DNA from: Octopus sinensis
Taxonomy: Eukaryota
DNA: 64,000 bases
Reading direction: 5' to 3'
Assembly: GCF_006345805.1 (NCBI RefSeq)
Contig: NC_043003.1
Coordinates: 6,262,001-6,326,000 of the forward strand
Made by a program: the position numbers and the translations under genes. Below are positions 63,552 through 64,000 of the stretch, one piece after another. The notes under the pieces are model-generated. The model worked only from the letters and a program-made list of their open reading frames with translations. It was not told where the DNA came from and did not search any database. The first letter of the stretch is position 1; the number at the start of each line of letters is the position of its first letter.

Positions 63552-64000
63552 ACAAATTATGACCCAATCCAGCTGTCATCCTCTAAAAACTATTTTATCT
63601 GAGTTGAAACCAGCCTTTTCTAATCTGCACTCTTGTAAAACTGTTCCGGAATCTTCTCAAGACTTTATCATTCACCATCAATGCAATTCATCGTTATTGC
63701 CACCAAACTTTCTCACAGAACCCCAAGGAGGTACCACTGTCGACCATTCATCCTTTGTATATCACTTAAAGAAAGAGCCAACGGGGTTTATAGTTGACCA
63801 AAGCAGTGGTCAGTGTTCTGTGACCGAATATCACCTGAGAACATCTCTGTTGGAGAATCTACCCGACTTACTTACAACTGAAGATGTAGGCATTGACCAA
63901 CTGCTGCTTCTACATGGTTTGGTATTTAAGAAGGGCCATATTTTGGATAACTATGTCCCCGTATCACTTGAGTTGCTGGGAATCCTGCCACAAGAGAAAG
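63552..64000 (+). CDS. FDXACB1: FDXACB1 coding exon 5 (partial; runs off window; PheRS-like region preceding the expected FDX-ACB domain)
   Basis: Polypyrimidine tract and ttgcag acceptor. Phase-compatible frame open to the window end: QIMTQSSCHPLKTILSEL...YHLRTSLLENL...HGLVFKK (SCHPxKT and LRxSLL motifs). Confidence 0.82.

Overview
Eukaryotic, AT-rich, microsatellite-saturated genomic DNA. The SINE/LINE families and (TA)n/(CA)n/(TAT)n load are what I would expect from an octopus (coleoid cephalopod); that assignment is inference. One host gene is well supported: FDXACB1 on the + strand (Bmt5/DUF2431-type methyltransferase-like N-terminus). It has five phase-compatible GT-AG coding exons at 54373-54556, 59271-59427, 60620-60823, 61499-61660 and 63552 to beyond the window end. 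A second, minus-strand spliced gene near 10.5-15.7 kb is only weakly supported. The rest is decayed mobile DNA (R4/Dong, CR1-like and RTE LINEs, mariner/Tc1/maT remnants, Helitrons, MITEs, at least four SINE-type families) and three tandem arrays. Structures not explained by the ORF track: (1) at least five unrelated families of short elements, mostly embedded in (TA)n, that carry minimal hammerhead-ribozyme folds with different but self-complementary stem III sequences, as in Penelope/retrozyme dimeric hammerheads; (2) a ~3.1 kb satellite built of palindromes matching STAT, ETS and NF-kB sites, next to a ~2.5 kb purine-rich satellite with heat-shock-element-like motifs; (3) long inverted repeats in FDXACB1 introns, namely a ~440 bp hairpin and a 144 bp stem pairing the two ends of one intron; (4) a covarying 3' stem-loop shared by CR1-like LINEs and a SINE family. 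All folds and alignments were done by eye, and repeat boundaries are approximate.
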